Source of the DNA: Lactobacillus sp.
GTDB taxonomy: Bacteria; Bacillota; Bacilli; Lactobacillales; Lactobacillaceae
Direction: 5' to 3'
Assembly (NCBI GenBank): GCA_022484695.1
Contig: JAKVKU010000006.1
Span: forward strand, 76,003-140,002
Length of the DNA stretch: 64,000 bases
In this document: one piece after another, positions 48,615-59,054 of the stretch
How the letters are laid out: each line of letters starts with the position of its first letter
How positions within the stretch are numbered: position 1 is the first letter of the stretch
Made by a program: the position numbers and the translations under genes
The notes under the pieces: model-generated
What the model was told of the DNA's origin: nothing
The model's input: only the letters and a program-made list of their open reading frames with translations
Databases searched by the model: none

Positions 48615-49379
48615 ATGAAAGTTGTTATTTTTTCAACCTGTGTGGTTGATTTAGAATTCCCAAATGTTGGGATTGCAATGACCGAAGTTTTAGAACGCTT
48701 TGGCTGTGATTGCTATTTGCCAAAGGATCAAATTTGCTGTGGCCAACCCACTTTTAATAGTGGTTATGCCAAAGGGACTCAGCGGGCATTCCGTAATCAA
48801 ATCGACGCGTTGTTAAGCGTGGATGCGGATTATATCGTGGGGCCGGCCGGTTCTTGTGTGGCCATGATTCGGGAATTTCCTGAATTTATGAAAGATGATC
48901 CCCAATATGCGGACAAAGCTAGAGAAGTTGCGGCTAAAACTTTCGAATTCTCCCAATTTTTATGGCGGGTCTTAGGGGTTGAAAATGCCGGGGCCGAGCT
49001 TGATGGCCGGGCAACTTACCACCGGTCTTGTCATATGACCCGGCTGTTAGGTGAATCTGAATCACCTTATGCCTTATTAGCTCATGTGAAGGGCTTGGAA
49101 ATGATTCCTCTAGAAAATGCCCATGATTGCTGTGGTTTCGGGGGGACTTTCTCAGCAAAGGAACCTGAAATCTCCAGACAAATGGTAGATGCTAAAGTGG
49201 GCCATATTGTGGATACTGGCGCGGAAATTTTGATCAGTTGCGATCCTGGGTGTTTGATGAATATTGGGGGCCGGTTTAACCGCTTAGGCAAACCCATTAA
49301 AATCATGCACATCGCCGAAGTCCTCAACAGCAACGTGGATGAAAGCCGGATCAGTTACTTAAAACAAATGCCAGTCTAG
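48615..49379 (+). CDS. lutA: L-lactate utilization protein A (CCG domains)
   Basis: FSTCVVD, CCGQP, AGSC, YHRSCH, CCGFGGTFS, SCDPGC. Confidence 0.94.
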   Translation: MKVVIFSTCVVDLEFPNVGIAMTEVLERFGCDCYLPKDQICCGQPTFNSGYAKGTQRAFRNQIDALLSVDADYIVGPAGSCVAMIREFPEFMKDDPQYADKAREVAAKTFEFSQFLWRVLGVENAGAELDGRATYHRSCHMTRLLGESESPYALLAHVKGLEMIPLENAHDCCGFGGTFSAKEPEISRQMVDAKVGHIVDTGAEILISCDPGCLMNIGGRFNRLGKPIKIMHIAEVLNSNVDESRISYLKQMPV

Positions 49380-49402
49380 CAACAAAGGAGGAAAACTGAA
49401 TT

Positions 49403-50896
49403 ATGGGAATTCAAACGAGTGATAAACCCTTATTAGAACGGGTCAAAGAATCTGAACAAGATAAATTCATGCAAGCCTCTGTTGCGAAGGCCCAAGATGC
49501 CCAACACATTAAACGTGAAGACTCACGGGCACTTTTAGGCAATTGGGAACAATGGCGGGAATTGGGTGAACAGATCCGCCAACGGGCTTTAAAATATTTA
49601 CCAGATTATCTGGAACAGTTTAGTGATAATGTGGAAAAAAATGGTGGAGATGTCTTCTTTGCGGCCACCGAAAAAGATGCTGTGGACTATATTGAAAAAA
49701 TCGTTAAAGAAACTGGTGCCAAACGCATCGTGAAGTCTAAGTCCATGGTGACCACGGAAATTGACTTAGATAAACGGCTGTTGGCCATGAATAAAGGCTT
49801 GCAGTTAATGGAAACCGATTTGGCCGAGTTTATCTTACAAGAAGATGACTGGGATGAACCTACGCATATCGTGTTCCCCACGTTGCATAAAAACCGGGAT
49901 CAAGTCCGGGAAATCTTTATGAAGTTAGGCTATGAAGGGGACAATGACCCCATGCACTTAGCCAGATTTGCCCGGAAATTCCTGCGGGAATACTTCTTAC
50001 AAGCTGACTTAGGCATCACCGGCTGTAACTTTGCCGTGGCTGATAATGGCATGATTAACTTGGTCACCAATGAAGGGAACGCTGATTTGACCATGGCTAT
50101 TCCGAAGACGCAAATCGTGGTCATGGGCATGGAGCGGATCGTGCCAACCATGAATGATGCCGAAATCCTAGACAATATGCTGTGCCGCAGTGCCGTTGGG
50201 CAAAAACTAACCAGTTATGTGACCTTTGAAAAAGGGCAAGTCGCCGGTGAAACCGATGGCCCAGAACATTTTCATGTGGTGATCGTGGATAATAATCGCT
50301 CCCGGGCGTTGGGTTCTGAGTTTCAGTCTATTTTACAATGTATCCGGTGTGGGGCTTGTATGAACGTATGCCCAGTCTATCGGCACATTGGTGGCCACGG
50401 CTATGGGTCGATTTACCCAGGCCCATTGGGGGCTGTATTGTCGCCAATTCTAGGGGGCTACCAAGCCTTTCAAGAATTGCCTTATGCCTCTAGCTTGTGT
50501 GGGGCTTGTACAGAAGTTTGTCCAGTTAAGATTCCATTGCACAAATTATTGATTGAACATCGGCGCATCATCACCGATCAGCGCCATATGCAACATGGCC
50601 TGAACAACTTGATGATGGAGGCTATTGGGATTGGGACTGGCTTCCCATGGCTGTTTAGAACGGCAGTGCGTTTTGGCCACTTAGGCTTGAAACCATTGGC
50701 CAGCAAAGGCGAAGTCCACGCTGAGAACTTTATTAAACCCGAAGGCTCTGTTAAGGGCGGCCCTGGTTTAGTCGGTGGTTGGGCAGATGTCCGGGACTTG
50801 CCATTGCCACCTAAGAACAAGGACAGCTTTAGACAGTGGTTTGCCAAACATAAGGCAAACCAACCTCAACCCGGCGACCAAAAGGCCAATCAATAA
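49403..50896 (+). CDS. lutB: L-lactate utilization protein B (Fe-S)
   Basis: VKSKSMVTTEI, TNEGN, CIRCGACMNVCPVY, SLCGACTEVCPV. Confidence 0.96.
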   Translation: MGIQTSDKPLLERVKESEQDKFMQASVAKAQDAQHIKREDSRALLGNWEQWRELGEQIRQRALKYLPDYLEQFSDNVEKNGGDVFFAATEKDAVDYIEKIVKETGAKRIVKSKSMVTTEIDLDKRLLAMNKGLQLMETDLAEFILQEDDWDEPTHIVFPTLHKNRDQVREIFMKLGYEGDNDPMHLARFARKFLREYFLQADLGITGCNFAVADNGMINLVTNEGNADLTMAIPKTQIVVMGMERIVPTMNDAEILDNMLCRSAVGQKLTSYVTFEKGQVAGETDGPEHFHVVIVDNNRSRALGSEFQSILQCIRCGACMNVCPVYRHIGGHGYGSIYPGPLGAVLSPILGGYQAFQELPYASSLCGACTEVCPVKIPLHKLLIEHRRIITDQRHMQHGLNNLMMEAIGIGTGFPWLFRTAVRFGHLGLKPLASKGEVHAENFIKPEGSVKGGPGLVGGWADVRDLPLPPKNKDSFRQWFAKHKANQPQPGDQKANQ

Positions 50897-50910
50897 GGAG
50901 GACCGCAGCC

Positions 50911-51624
50911 ATGACGATTTATAATCGAGAAGCGTTTTTAGACCGCTTATCAGAACGTTTAGGCACACCTAGACATCAAATGGATAAAGAACCATTTATT
51001 CACCGTAATCAGTTGCCTGAAGAAACCTTGGCAGATTTATCCAGCGATGAATTATTAGACTTAGCCAAGAATACTAGTGAAGCGTTACATGTTACTTTTC
51101 AAGTGACTGACCAAACCGGCTTACCGGCCATCCTAGATGAATATTTGAAACGGATCGGGGCCGGACAGTTGATTTTACCCACGGAACCAGACCAAGTGGC
51201 TGACTATCAGTTACAAGACTGGATCGACACGGTGGCCAAAGAACGAACGGTCAAATATTGGGATCCCAAAGCTGACCGAGCAACGAATCTAGCTACTTCC
51301 CAAGATTCCATGGTGGCCATTGGCTTTGGGGATTATCTGCTGGCTGAATCGGGGACGATTACGGTGCCAACGACCCCAGGGCAGGGGCGGGCTTTTAATT
51401 TCTTGCCAACCCATTACTTGAGTATTGTGAAACGCAGCCATATTTTACCTAGATCCACCCAAGTGACTAAGATCTATGATGACAAGATCAAATCCGGGGA
51501 GTTAGTCACTTCTAATATTAACTATATTTCTGGACCATCTAACTCCGGGGATATCGAAATGGTTTTGATCGTCGGTGTCCATGGTCCTTTAGATATGACT
51601 TATGTGGTGGTTAACGACCGTTAG
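50911..51624 (+). CDS. lutC: L-lactate utilization protein C (LUD domain)
   Basis: LAESGT, LPTHY, ISGPSNSGDIEM.LIVGVHGP. Confidence 0.94.
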   Translation: MTIYNREAFLDRLSERLGTPRHQMDKEPFIHRNQLPEETLADLSSDELLDLAKNTSEALHVTFQVTDQTGLPAILDEYLKRIGAGQLILPTEPDQVADYQLQDWIDTVAKERTVKYWDPKADRATNLATSQDSMVAIGFGDYLLAESGTITVPTTPGQGRAFNFLPTHYLSIVKRSHILPRSTQVTKIYDDKIKSGELVTSNINYISGPSNSGDIEMVLIVGVHGPLDMTYVVVNDR

Positions 51625-51756
51625 CAAATATACAAATGAGACTTGTGGCGCATTTTCAGCTGCAGGTCTTTTTTGATGGTCAGGGACAGGTTATTTTGTG
51701 ATATTCGGCTTTTTCGGTATAATTAGTTTATTGTATAGATGCAGGAGGCAGTTTTT

Positions 51757-52734
51757 TTGAAGAAATCTGGGGTACTTTTGATTAATTTGGGCACACCAAA
51801 AAGCGCGGCACCAAAAGATGTCCGCCAATTTTTAAGCCATTTTTTAAGTGATCCACGGGTGATCGATATGCCCCGAGCTTTTTGGTGGTTGATATTACAT
51901 GGGATGATTTTACCTTTTCGCCCCAAACACTCGGCTAAAATGTATGGGCAAATTTGGGACCCTGAACTGGGGGGCTCGCCCTTGTTGTATTACACCCAGC
52001 AAGTGACCCAAAAGCTCCAGGCCAGCTTATCCGGCTACGACGTGCGCTTTGCCATGAGCTATTCTCAGCCGACGATTGCCCAGGTCTTGCAAGACTTTAA
52101 TGACCAGGGGATTGAAGATTTGACCATTGTACCCATGTATCCGCAGTTTTCCACCACCACGGTGGGGTCGGTGTATGATGCGGTGGCTAATTTTTATTTA
52201 AAAAAAGCCCGCATCCCCCATCTGCATATCATTACAGATTTTTACCAGGATGCGCGCTATATTCAAGTTTTAGCCAATACGATTCAACAAGCGTTAGATG
52301 CCCATCCTAACGCCGATGAGTTATTATTTTCTTATCATGGGATTCCCCAACGTTATGTGGCCGAGAAAAAAGATCCCTATTTTGAACAATGTCATATCAC
52401 CACGGAAATGACCATGGAGCGCTTAGATCATGCGATTCCCTATGAAATGACCTTCCAGTCCAAATTTGGACCGGGCCAGTGGTTAACGCCAGCCACCCAC
52501 GAAACGGTGGTCAAGCTGGCCCAAAATGGGGCCAAAGAGCTGTTAGTGGTGACCCCAAGCTTCACGGCGGATTGCCTAGAGACTTTGTATGAAATCAATA
52601 CGGAAAACCGCCGTTATTTCTTAGAAGCCGGGGGCAGTGAATTTCATTTTATTTCACCCTTAAATGATAACACTGAATTTGTTGATTTTTTGACCCAGTT
52701 GATCACTGAAAACTCAGCGACCCAAAGGCAATAA
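51757..52734 (+). CDS. hemH: Ferrochelatase
   Basis: GVLLINLGTP, FLSDPRV, FSYHGIP, FQSKFG..WL.P, FTADCLETLYEI. TTG 51757 after AGGAGG (ATG 51739 is the alternative). Confidence 0.95.
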   Translation: MKKSGVLLINLGTPKSAAPKDVRQFLSHFLSDPRVIDMPRAFWWLILHGMILPFRPKHSAKMYGQIWDPELGGSPLLYYTQQVTQKLQASLSGYDVRFAMSYSQPTIAQVLQDFNDQGIEDLTIVPMYPQFSTTTVGSVYDAVANFYLKKARIPHLHIITDFYQDARYIQVLANTIQQALDAHPNADELLFSYHGIPQRYVAEKKDPYFEQCHITTEMTMERLDHAIPYEMTFQSKFGPGQWLTPATHETVVKLAQNGAKELLVVTPSFTADCLETLYEINTENRRYFLEAGGSEFHFISPLNDNTEFVDFLTQLITENSATQRQ

Positions 52735-53628
52735 CAAGCCCAGGCCAAAGGTAACCACTAAGGCCAAGGTAGAGACGAATAGATTTTTCACGGCAAAAAT
52801 AAAGGTTTCTTTCTTGACTTGTTTGGCCAATAGTTTTTGGGTATTTTTAACAATAATTGGGATGGTCAACAGGGTCAACAAGCTTAAAAGTGGGAGGACG
52901 TTTAAAATGACGGCCACCACTAGGCTGGCATACCCCAGGATCTCCAAGGTCACATAAAACTTCAAGCTATTGGGTACGCCGATGTAGTAGACAATGGTTT
53001 TGCGGCCCAATTGAATGTCTTCTTGGGCGTCACAGAAGTTATTGGCCAATAGTAAGCTGGCAATCATGGTCATGGCTAAGCCCGAGGCTAAAAGAACGGG
53101 CCAGACAAAGGCCCAGTTAAAGGTGATTTGATCATACACGTTAATATATACGGCAATCAAGGTAATCATAAAGCCCATGGTGAAACCGGAGAAAAATTCC
53201 CCAAAAGGTGTGCCGGAGATGGGCCGGGGACCAGCGGCATAAAACCAGCCTACTAGAAAACACCAGGCGCCCATGACCAACAGGGGCCAACCAACGTTGG
53301 CCACAATGATCAGGCCAATTAAACCGGCACTGACCATCATTAAAATGGTCATCCAAGCAATTTTTTTAGGATTTAAGTGATTGACGCCAATGATATTGGT
53401 TTTACGGCGAAAATCTTGGGCGTGGGTGGCCCGGGTATAGTCTTGATAATTATCATGGGCATCGACAGCCATATTAAAGACAAACATGGCAATGAAAAAT
53501 AAGATCAAGAAAACGGGATGGATGCTGCGATAATGGTACCAAGCAAAAAAGGTACCCAGCAGAAATGGGAAAATACTCGCAGTTTTAGCTTTTATTTCGA
53601 CTAATTCTAAAAAGACGCTTAAAGTCAC
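52714..53628 (-). CDS. menA: 1,4-dihydroxy-2-naphthoate polyprenyltransferase (UbiA family)
   Basis: LELVEIKAK, DNYQDY, YAAGPRPIS.TPFGE, LANNFCD..ED...GRKT. Confidence 0.9.
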   Translation of the reverse strand: MTLSVFLELVEIKAKTASIFPFLLGTFFAWYHYRSIHPVFLILFFIAMFVFNMAVDAHDNYQDYTRATHAQDFRRKTNIIGVNHLNPKKIAWMTILMMVSAGLIGLIIVANVGWPLLVMGAWCFLVGWFYAAGPRPISGTPFGEFFSGFTMGFMITLIAVYINVYDQITFNWAFVWPVLLASGLAMTMIASLLLANNFCDAQEDIQLGRKTIVYYIGVPNSLKFYVTLEILGYASLVVAVILNVLPLLSLLTLLTIPIIVKNTQKLLAKQVKKETFIFAVKNLFVSTLALVVTFGLGLLLPLGR

Positions 53629-53717
53629 GAAAAAACATTTCCTTTCTTTGACGATATTGGTTAATATAAAACTAACATACTTGCGCTAAAAAAACAGTTG
53701 TAAAGAGGTAGAACACG

Positions 53718-54689
53718 GTGATTTCAATTAATCCAATGTGGACAGCTTTTCCAGGCTTGCACGATCAACTGATGCAAGTGGAGCAAGTTATCCAAGCTAA
53801 TATAAAGCTACGCAATAAAGCGATTCAAAATACGTTAGAGGCCTTGACCATCAATGGGGGGAAATTGGTGCGGCCGGCGTTTTTATTATTGTTTGCCACC
53901 TTTGGCCCCCAACAAGATCCCACGAAGTTTAGTAGGAGTGCTGCGGCCATGGAGATCTTACACCTGGCCACCTTGATCCATGATGATGTCATCGATGATT
54001 CCCCACTGCGGCGGGGGGTCACCACCATGCATACCCATTATGGCAAGCGCAATGCCATTTATGCCGGGGATTATTTATTCACGGTTTATTTTGAATTGAT
54101 CAACGAAACCGCCCGCAATGCCCAGGATACCCATTTGAATGCCATCAGCATGCGACAGATCCTGTTAGGGGAACTGGACCAGATGCGTTTTGATTTTAAC
54201 ACGGGGATGACGGTCAAGGACTACCTCCGGGAGATCGACGGCAAAACCGCCGCGTTATTTCAATTGAGCTGTGAAATGGGGACGCGGCTAAGTGGGGCTA
54301 GTTTGACCATCCAGCGCCGGGCCCGGCGGATCGGCCATGATATTGGGATGGCTTTTCAAGTTTTAGATGACATTTTAGATTATACCCAATCTGAAGCGAC
54401 ATTGGCCAAGCCCAATGGGGAGGATTTACGTTCGGAAACCTATTCGATTCCGCTATTATTCGCCGTTCAAAATTATCCTGAACTTAAAACCCTGCTCCGG
54501 CAAGAAATGACCCCGGCCCATGTGGCTTATTTGGTTCATTTAGTCCAAACTTATGGTGTACCGGATGCCAAGGACTTAGCCAGTCGTTACACCCAAAAAG
54601 CGCTGAGGGAAATTGCCCAGCTACCCAATGGGGATGCGGCTGAAATTTTGAAACAAATTACCCAGGCTTTATTGCTCCGGACCAACTAA
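53718..54689 (+). CDS. Polyprenyl diphosphate synthase (HepT-like)
   Basis: GGKLVRP, LIHDDVIDDS..RRG, GKTA, FQVLDDILD. Confidence 0.93.
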   Translation: MISINPMWTAFPGLHDQLMQVEQVIQANIKLRNKAIQNTLEALTINGGKLVRPAFLLLFATFGPQQDPTKFSRSAAAMEILHLATLIHDDVIDDSPLRRGVTTMHTHYGKRNAIYAGDYLFTVYFELINETARNAQDTHLNAISMRQILLGELDQMRFDFNTGMTVKDYLREIDGKTAALFQLSCEMGTRLSGASLTIQRRARRIGHDIGMAFQVLDDILDYTQSEATLAKPNGEDLRSETYSIPLLFAVQNYPELKTLLRQEMTPAHVAYLVHLVQTYGVPDAKDLASRYTQKALREIAQLPNGDAAEILKQITQALLLRTN

Positions 54690-54843
54690 TAGGGCCAGCA
54701 CAGCCATAATAATACTTGAAGTTAAGACAAGCTCGCTGGTTTTTCAGGGGCTTGTTTTTTGTTGGGGATTTCAAGTCGAATTAATTGCTTCTAAAGCCCA
54801 TTCTCGGTAGGATTACAGTGAATTGAGAAAGGGATGTTTTGTG

Positions 54844-55482
54844 ATGGCAAAATTTGATTATCGTACCATAGAAGCCCAAGAGTATTCCCACGTTGATAAG
54901 CCCTCAGTGGTCATTTTAAATGAACGTAATTATATCACCCTCAAGTCAAAGGGGCGCTTTGATTTACAAGATGCCCAATTCATGCAACAAGTCGCCAGTA
55001 TGTACGCCTTAGCTGACGGTATTCGGCAACAGGCGGCCACCAGTAACAAATTGCCTTGGTATAAAGATTATGTGCCCTACCCCTTAAACAGTTATTGGTA
55101 TGACGACGGTAGTTACTTATTGCTGATCAAGCAGCCTAATTTTACCATTCCTGAACTCCTGGATAATGCCAAGGCTGACCTGGCTGGAAAATTTCCAGCA
55201 GCATTATTAGCGGATATCCACTTTGAACGGCATGCCGAAGGGGTTGAGGCCCAATTGATCAATCACGGGCCCGTGCATGTTGATAATGCCACCTTTCAGG
55301 CCTTGGCTAAATTTATGGCGGACAATCAATTCCAGCGCCATTTCAGCGGGCACCGGGAAGTTTATTTGACCTCTTTAACCCCTGATCTAGACCCGGCCAA
55401 ACTTGAAGTATTGGTCCGCATCCCCATTGAACGTAATGAGAGCAGTTTAGATTCCGGCCGGTTTCCCGTGGCTGAAAATTAA
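54844..55482 (+). CDS. GyrI-like small-molecule-binding domain protein
   Basis: DYVPYPL..YW, LLIKQP, EGVEAQL..HGP, HREVYL. Confidence 0.8.
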   Translation: MAKFDYRTIEAQEYSHVDKPSVVILNERNYITLKSKGRFDLQDAQFMQQVASMYALADGIRQQAATSNKLPWYKDYVPYPLNSYWYDDGSYLLLIKQPNFTIPELLDNAKADLAGKFPAALLADIHFERHAEGVEAQLINHGPVHVDNATFQALAKFMADNQFQRHFSGHREVYLTSLTPDLDPAKLEVLVRIPIERNESSLDSGRFPVAEN

Positions 55483-55498
55483 GATGAAGTTCCCATTT

Positions 55499-55546
55499 AA
55501 AAAGCCGCCAATCATGCCCCGTACTGGGAGATGATGGTGGCTTTTT
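55499..55546. terminator. Bidirectional terminator between GyrI-like gene and cydC
   Basis: AAAAAGCCGCCA...TGGTGGCTTTTT. Confidence 0.75.
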
Positions 55547-55554
55547 GCGTGGTG

Positions 55555-57297
55555 TTAAAAACCCCGATCCATATCATAAAGTTGCTTGAAATGGGCGTTG
55601 GTTTGTAATAATTCATGGGGATTACCCTGCATCTCAATGGCCCCCTCAGCTAAGAAGACCACTTGATCCACCAACTCCACCCCCTGGAGATGGTGGGTGA
55701 TCCAAATAACGGTTTTGCCCTTTAGCAGGCTAAAGAAGGTTTCCAAGAGTTCTTGCTCGGTAATGGGGTCCAACCCCACGGTAGGTTCGTCCAACAAGAC
55801 CACTGGGGTATCTTGTAATAAGATCCGGGCTAAGGCGATCCGTTGGCGTTCGCCTCCGGAAAAGCGGCTGCCGGCTTCTTGAACCACGGTGTCGTATTGA
55901 TCCGGTAGGGATTCGATTTTTTGTTTCATCTGAACTTTTTCTAAAACAGCTTTCACATCGGCATCGCTGGCTTGTTCATTGCCCAAGCGCACGTTGTTCA
56001 TGATGGTGGTGTCAAACAAGAAAGGACTTTGGTTTAAGACGGCAAAGAATTTGGACCGTTCTTGCTGCAAACTTAAGACGTTCATATCGTTGACTTTCAC
56101 GGCCCCTTGTTGAGGGGTCAGATCTCCTAAAATCAGTTGCAGCAAGGTGGTTTTCCCGGTACCACTGGGGCCCAGGACCGCCATTTTCTCACCTTTTTGC
56201 AGGGTCTGGGAGAAATGGTTGATCAATACTGGGGAGTCAGCATCATATTCAAATTGCAGATTAGCCAAGGTTAGTTGTTTAAAGGCTTGGGGATCTAAAT
56301 CCTGTTGGGCCGGCAGCTGTTGGGGCGTTGGTTGCAAGTCATTTAACCGCTGCACCGAATCTGCATACAAGGGTAACTCGTCAAAGCCGGTACTGATGGG
56401 GATAAAGGCATCGGATAAAGGAAAAATCGCCAAGACAAAGGCACTGACAAAATTAGCTTGAGCTTGATTGCCCGTGAGGTGCTGGTTGGTAAAGACGATC
56501 AGCACTAAAACCATCACTAAGAAGATAATTTGTAAGATGAAATCCCGCCGCCAACCAAAGTGCTTGCTTTTCAGTTCTGAAGCTCTTAAGGCTTTTAAAG
56601 CAGGTTTGGGCCGTTGGGTGAAATCTTGATGGCGCCCAGAAATCACCCAATCCGAAGCCCCCATGATATTGTCGGTGAGGTCCACATATAAGCTGTTGTT
56701 AATGGCCTTTTGCCGGTAGCGTCTAGCCCCTTCGATACTTTGAGAAATCAGGGGGACTAAAAAGATCTCCACAAAGAATAGTAACAGGAGTAATAGGCCA
56801 TAGAACCAATTTAAAGCCCCGATCAAGACGATCACGATGAAACCGATGAGATAACCCACGATTGTTGGGAAAACGGTTCTTAAGTAGAGATTTTGCAAAT
56901 GACCTAAGTCATCGGCCAATATCCCTAAGATATCCCCAGTCCGATGGTGTTCTTCAAAAAAGGCTGCATCTTTTTCCAAAACATGGTAGAGGCGCCGTCT
57001 TAAATCAGAAGTGACCCGCAGCACCCAATTATGGCTGCGCAGGCGTTCTAAATATTTAAAGACGGGACGGCCGATCCCAAAGGCCCGGGTCAAAACTACT
57101 GCCGCATAAATCATCAAAATATTGTAGGGATGGGTGGCGGAGCGGTCGATGATATACCCGGAGGTAAACATCAAGGCCGAGGCACAAATGGCGGTTAAAA
57201 CCCCAAAGAGCAGGGAGTAGAACAAAAGGGAACGGTACCGTTTTAAATAGGGTTTCACCCAAGTATCATGTTGCATCAATTCGCGAATTTTTTTCAT
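55555..57297 (-). CDS. cydC: Thiol/heme ABC exporter subunit CydC
   Basis: LMFTSGY, TRAFGIGRP, GPSGTGKT, FSGGERQR, LLDEPT. ATG 57297 overlaps the cydD stop. Confidence 0.94.
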   Translation of the reverse strand: MKKIRELMQHDTWVKPYLKRYRSLLFYSLLFGVLTAICASALMFTSGYIIDRSATHPYNILMIYAAVVLTRAFGIGRPVFKYLERLRSHNWVLRVTSDLRRRLYHVLEKDAAFFEEHHRTGDILGILADDLGHLQNLYLRTVFPTIVGYLIGFIVIVLIGALNWFYGLLLLLLFFVEIFLVPLISQSIEGARRYRQKAINNSLYVDLTDNIMGASDWVISGRHQDFTQRPKPALKALRASELKSKHFGWRRDFILQIIFLVMVLVLIVFTNQHLTGNQAQANFVSAFVLAIFPLSDAFIPISTGFDELPLYADSVQRLNDLQPTPQQLPAQQDLDPQAFKQLTLANLQFEYDADSPVLINHFSQTLQKGEKMAVLGPSGTGKTTLLQLILGDLTPQQGAVKVNDMNVLSLQQERSKFFAVLNQSPFLFDTTIMNNVRLGNEQASDADVKAVLEKVQMKQKIESLPDQYDTVVQEAGSRFSGGERQRIALARILLQDTPVVLLDEPTVGLDPITEQELLETFFSLLKGKTVIWITHHLQGVELVDQVVFLAEGAIEMQGNPHELLQTNAHFKQLYDMDRGF

Positions 57298-59054
57298 GAA
57301 AGGCTCACCCGCTTTTGCATATGTTGTGTTAACGCTGTAAATTCTCCTGGTGTAGCTTGAAGCTGTGCTAAAGTGCCCTGTTGCACCAAGTGGCCATCTT
57401 TCATGACTAAAATATAATCCATTTCTTTGAGCCAATGGAGCCGATGGGTGGCAAATAACACCAGGTGATTCTTGAATAAGGGCATCATGGTTTCTTTTAA
57501 AGCATATTCGGTTTCAATATCCAAATGGGCCGTGGGTTCGTCAAACATGAGCACGTGGCGATCCTGGTCTAAAAAGGCCCGGGCCAAGGCAATCCGCTGG
57601 GCCTGGCCGCCACTAATGCCCCGACCACCTTCGCCGACTAATGTATTTAAACCGTCTTTTAAGGTGGCTAAAAAGTCGTCTAAGCCGGCTTTAGAAGCTG
57701 CCGCCGCCACTTGGGCAGCGCTGGCCTTGGGCTGGTAGAAGGCAATGTTGGCGGCAATGGTATCGGCGAATAAATAAGGAAACTGGGGGATAAAGGCAAA
57801 CTGTTGCTGCCAATTGGCTTGGCTTAAGTGGGGCAGCGGTTGCCCATTTAAGGTGAAGTTGGCGACTTTAGGGTCCTCAGATTTTAACGGGGTCAAAAAG
57901 CCTCCCAAGGCATTGAGCAAGGTGGTCTTCCCGGACCCACTCATGCCAATGATCCCCACTTTTTGATAACCCTTTAAGGTGAAGGCGATGTCCGTGAGGT
58001 CAATGGCCTCATTTTCATCAGGGCTATATTGGAGATTAAAGTGATTGGCAACTAACGTGCTATTTTCGTCCCACTTAAAGGTAGCCGGCACCAGTTGTCG
58101 ATTGCTAACACTGGGCTGGGCGACGATATCTAAAATATCGGTCAAGGCGTTCTTGCCATCCAAGGTGGCATGGTAGTCATTACCGAAGTCTCTGATGGGT
58201 AAAAAGAATTCCGGTGCCAGGATCAAAGAAACTAAGGCTGGGAACAAAGGAATGCTGCCATTGATCAGGCCTAAGCCTAGGAATAAAGCCAAGAGGGCAA
58301 TGGATAAGGTGGTAAACCAGTCTAAGGCAAAGGTGGATAAAATGGCGATTTTTAAGACGTCCATGGTACTGCGGCGATAGTCTTCACTGACGTTGTAAAC
58401 ATTGGTTTCATATTTTTCCGAGAGACCCAGAAATTTTAACGTGGACAAGCCCCGCAGGGAATCCACAAAGTGGTTAGACAGCCGTAGGAAACCGGCATAT
58501 TGTTTATCGGCTTTGTCTTGGGCGGCGAAGCCTAAAATGATCATGAAGATGATCACAATGGGGAAGACTAGGGTTAAAATCAAACCACTGCGGCCACTGT
58601 TGAAATAGATATAAATGAGGATCAGCCAGGGAATGATGGCCATGTCGATAATTTTGGCGAAAATCAAATTGAAATAATTATAAACATTATTGATCCCATC
58701 TAAAGCCACGGTGACCAATTTCCCAGTACCGCTTTGGGCAACTTGGCTGGCACCGGTGACATAGACCTTGTCTAAGAGCTGATCCCGCAAAGCGCCGCTG
58801 GTTTTGTCCGCATATTTATCCAGGACAACATTTTTGATCCAGACACATAACTGCCGAATCAAAAAGGCACAGGCAAAAAGAATGGTGCCGGTGGTTAAAC
58901 TATTTAGGGGCTGCATCCGCCAAGATAAAACCAGAACTTTGGTCAAGAAGTGAGCTTGGGCAATGATGGCTCCAGCTTGAATCAGGGTCAACAGCGCAGA
59001 TATTATTAAGATGACGCGGACGCCAGGTAATTTAAACAGGCGTTGATCAATCAT
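57294..59054 (-). CDS. cydD: Thiol/heme ABC exporter subunit CydD
   Basis: MIDQRLF, LAPEFF.P.RDFG.DYHA.LDG, GMSGSGKT, ISGGQAQR. Confidence 0.94.
   Translation of the reverse strand: MIDQRLFKLPGVRVILIISALLTLIQAGAIIAQAHFLTKVLVLSWRMQPLNSLTTGTILFACAFLIRQLCVWIKNVVLDKYADKTSGALRDQLLDKVYVTGASQVAQSGTGKLVTVALDGINNVYNYFNLIFAKIIDMAIIPWLILIYIYFNSGRSGLILTLVFPIVIIFMIILGFAAQDKADKQYAGFLRLSNHFVDSLRGLSTLKFLGLSEKYETNVYNVSEDYRRSTMDVLKIAILSTFALDWFTTLSIALLALFLGLGLINGSIPLFPALVSLILAPEFFLPIRDFGNDYHATLDGKNALTDILDIVAQPSVSNRQLVPATFKWDENSTLVANHFNLQYSPDENEAIDLTDIAFTLKGYQKVGIIGMSGSGKTTLLNALGGFLTPLKSEDPKVANFTLNGQPLPHLSQANWQQQFAFIPQFPYLFADTIAANIAFYQPKASAAQVAAAASKAGLDDFLATLKDGLNTLVGEGGRGISGGQAQRIALARAFLDQDRHVLMFDEPTAHLDIETEYALKETMMPLFKNHLVLFATHRLHWLKEMDYILVMKDGHLVQQGTLAQLQATPGEFTALTQHMQKRVSLS

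Noticed and set aside
55616-55629. TGGGG-ATTA-CCCTG resembling the lactate box (also TAGGG-N5-CCCTA near 36415)
   Set aside because: Inside coding sequence or with the wrong spacing; treated as chance, but it shows the motif needs statistical testing.
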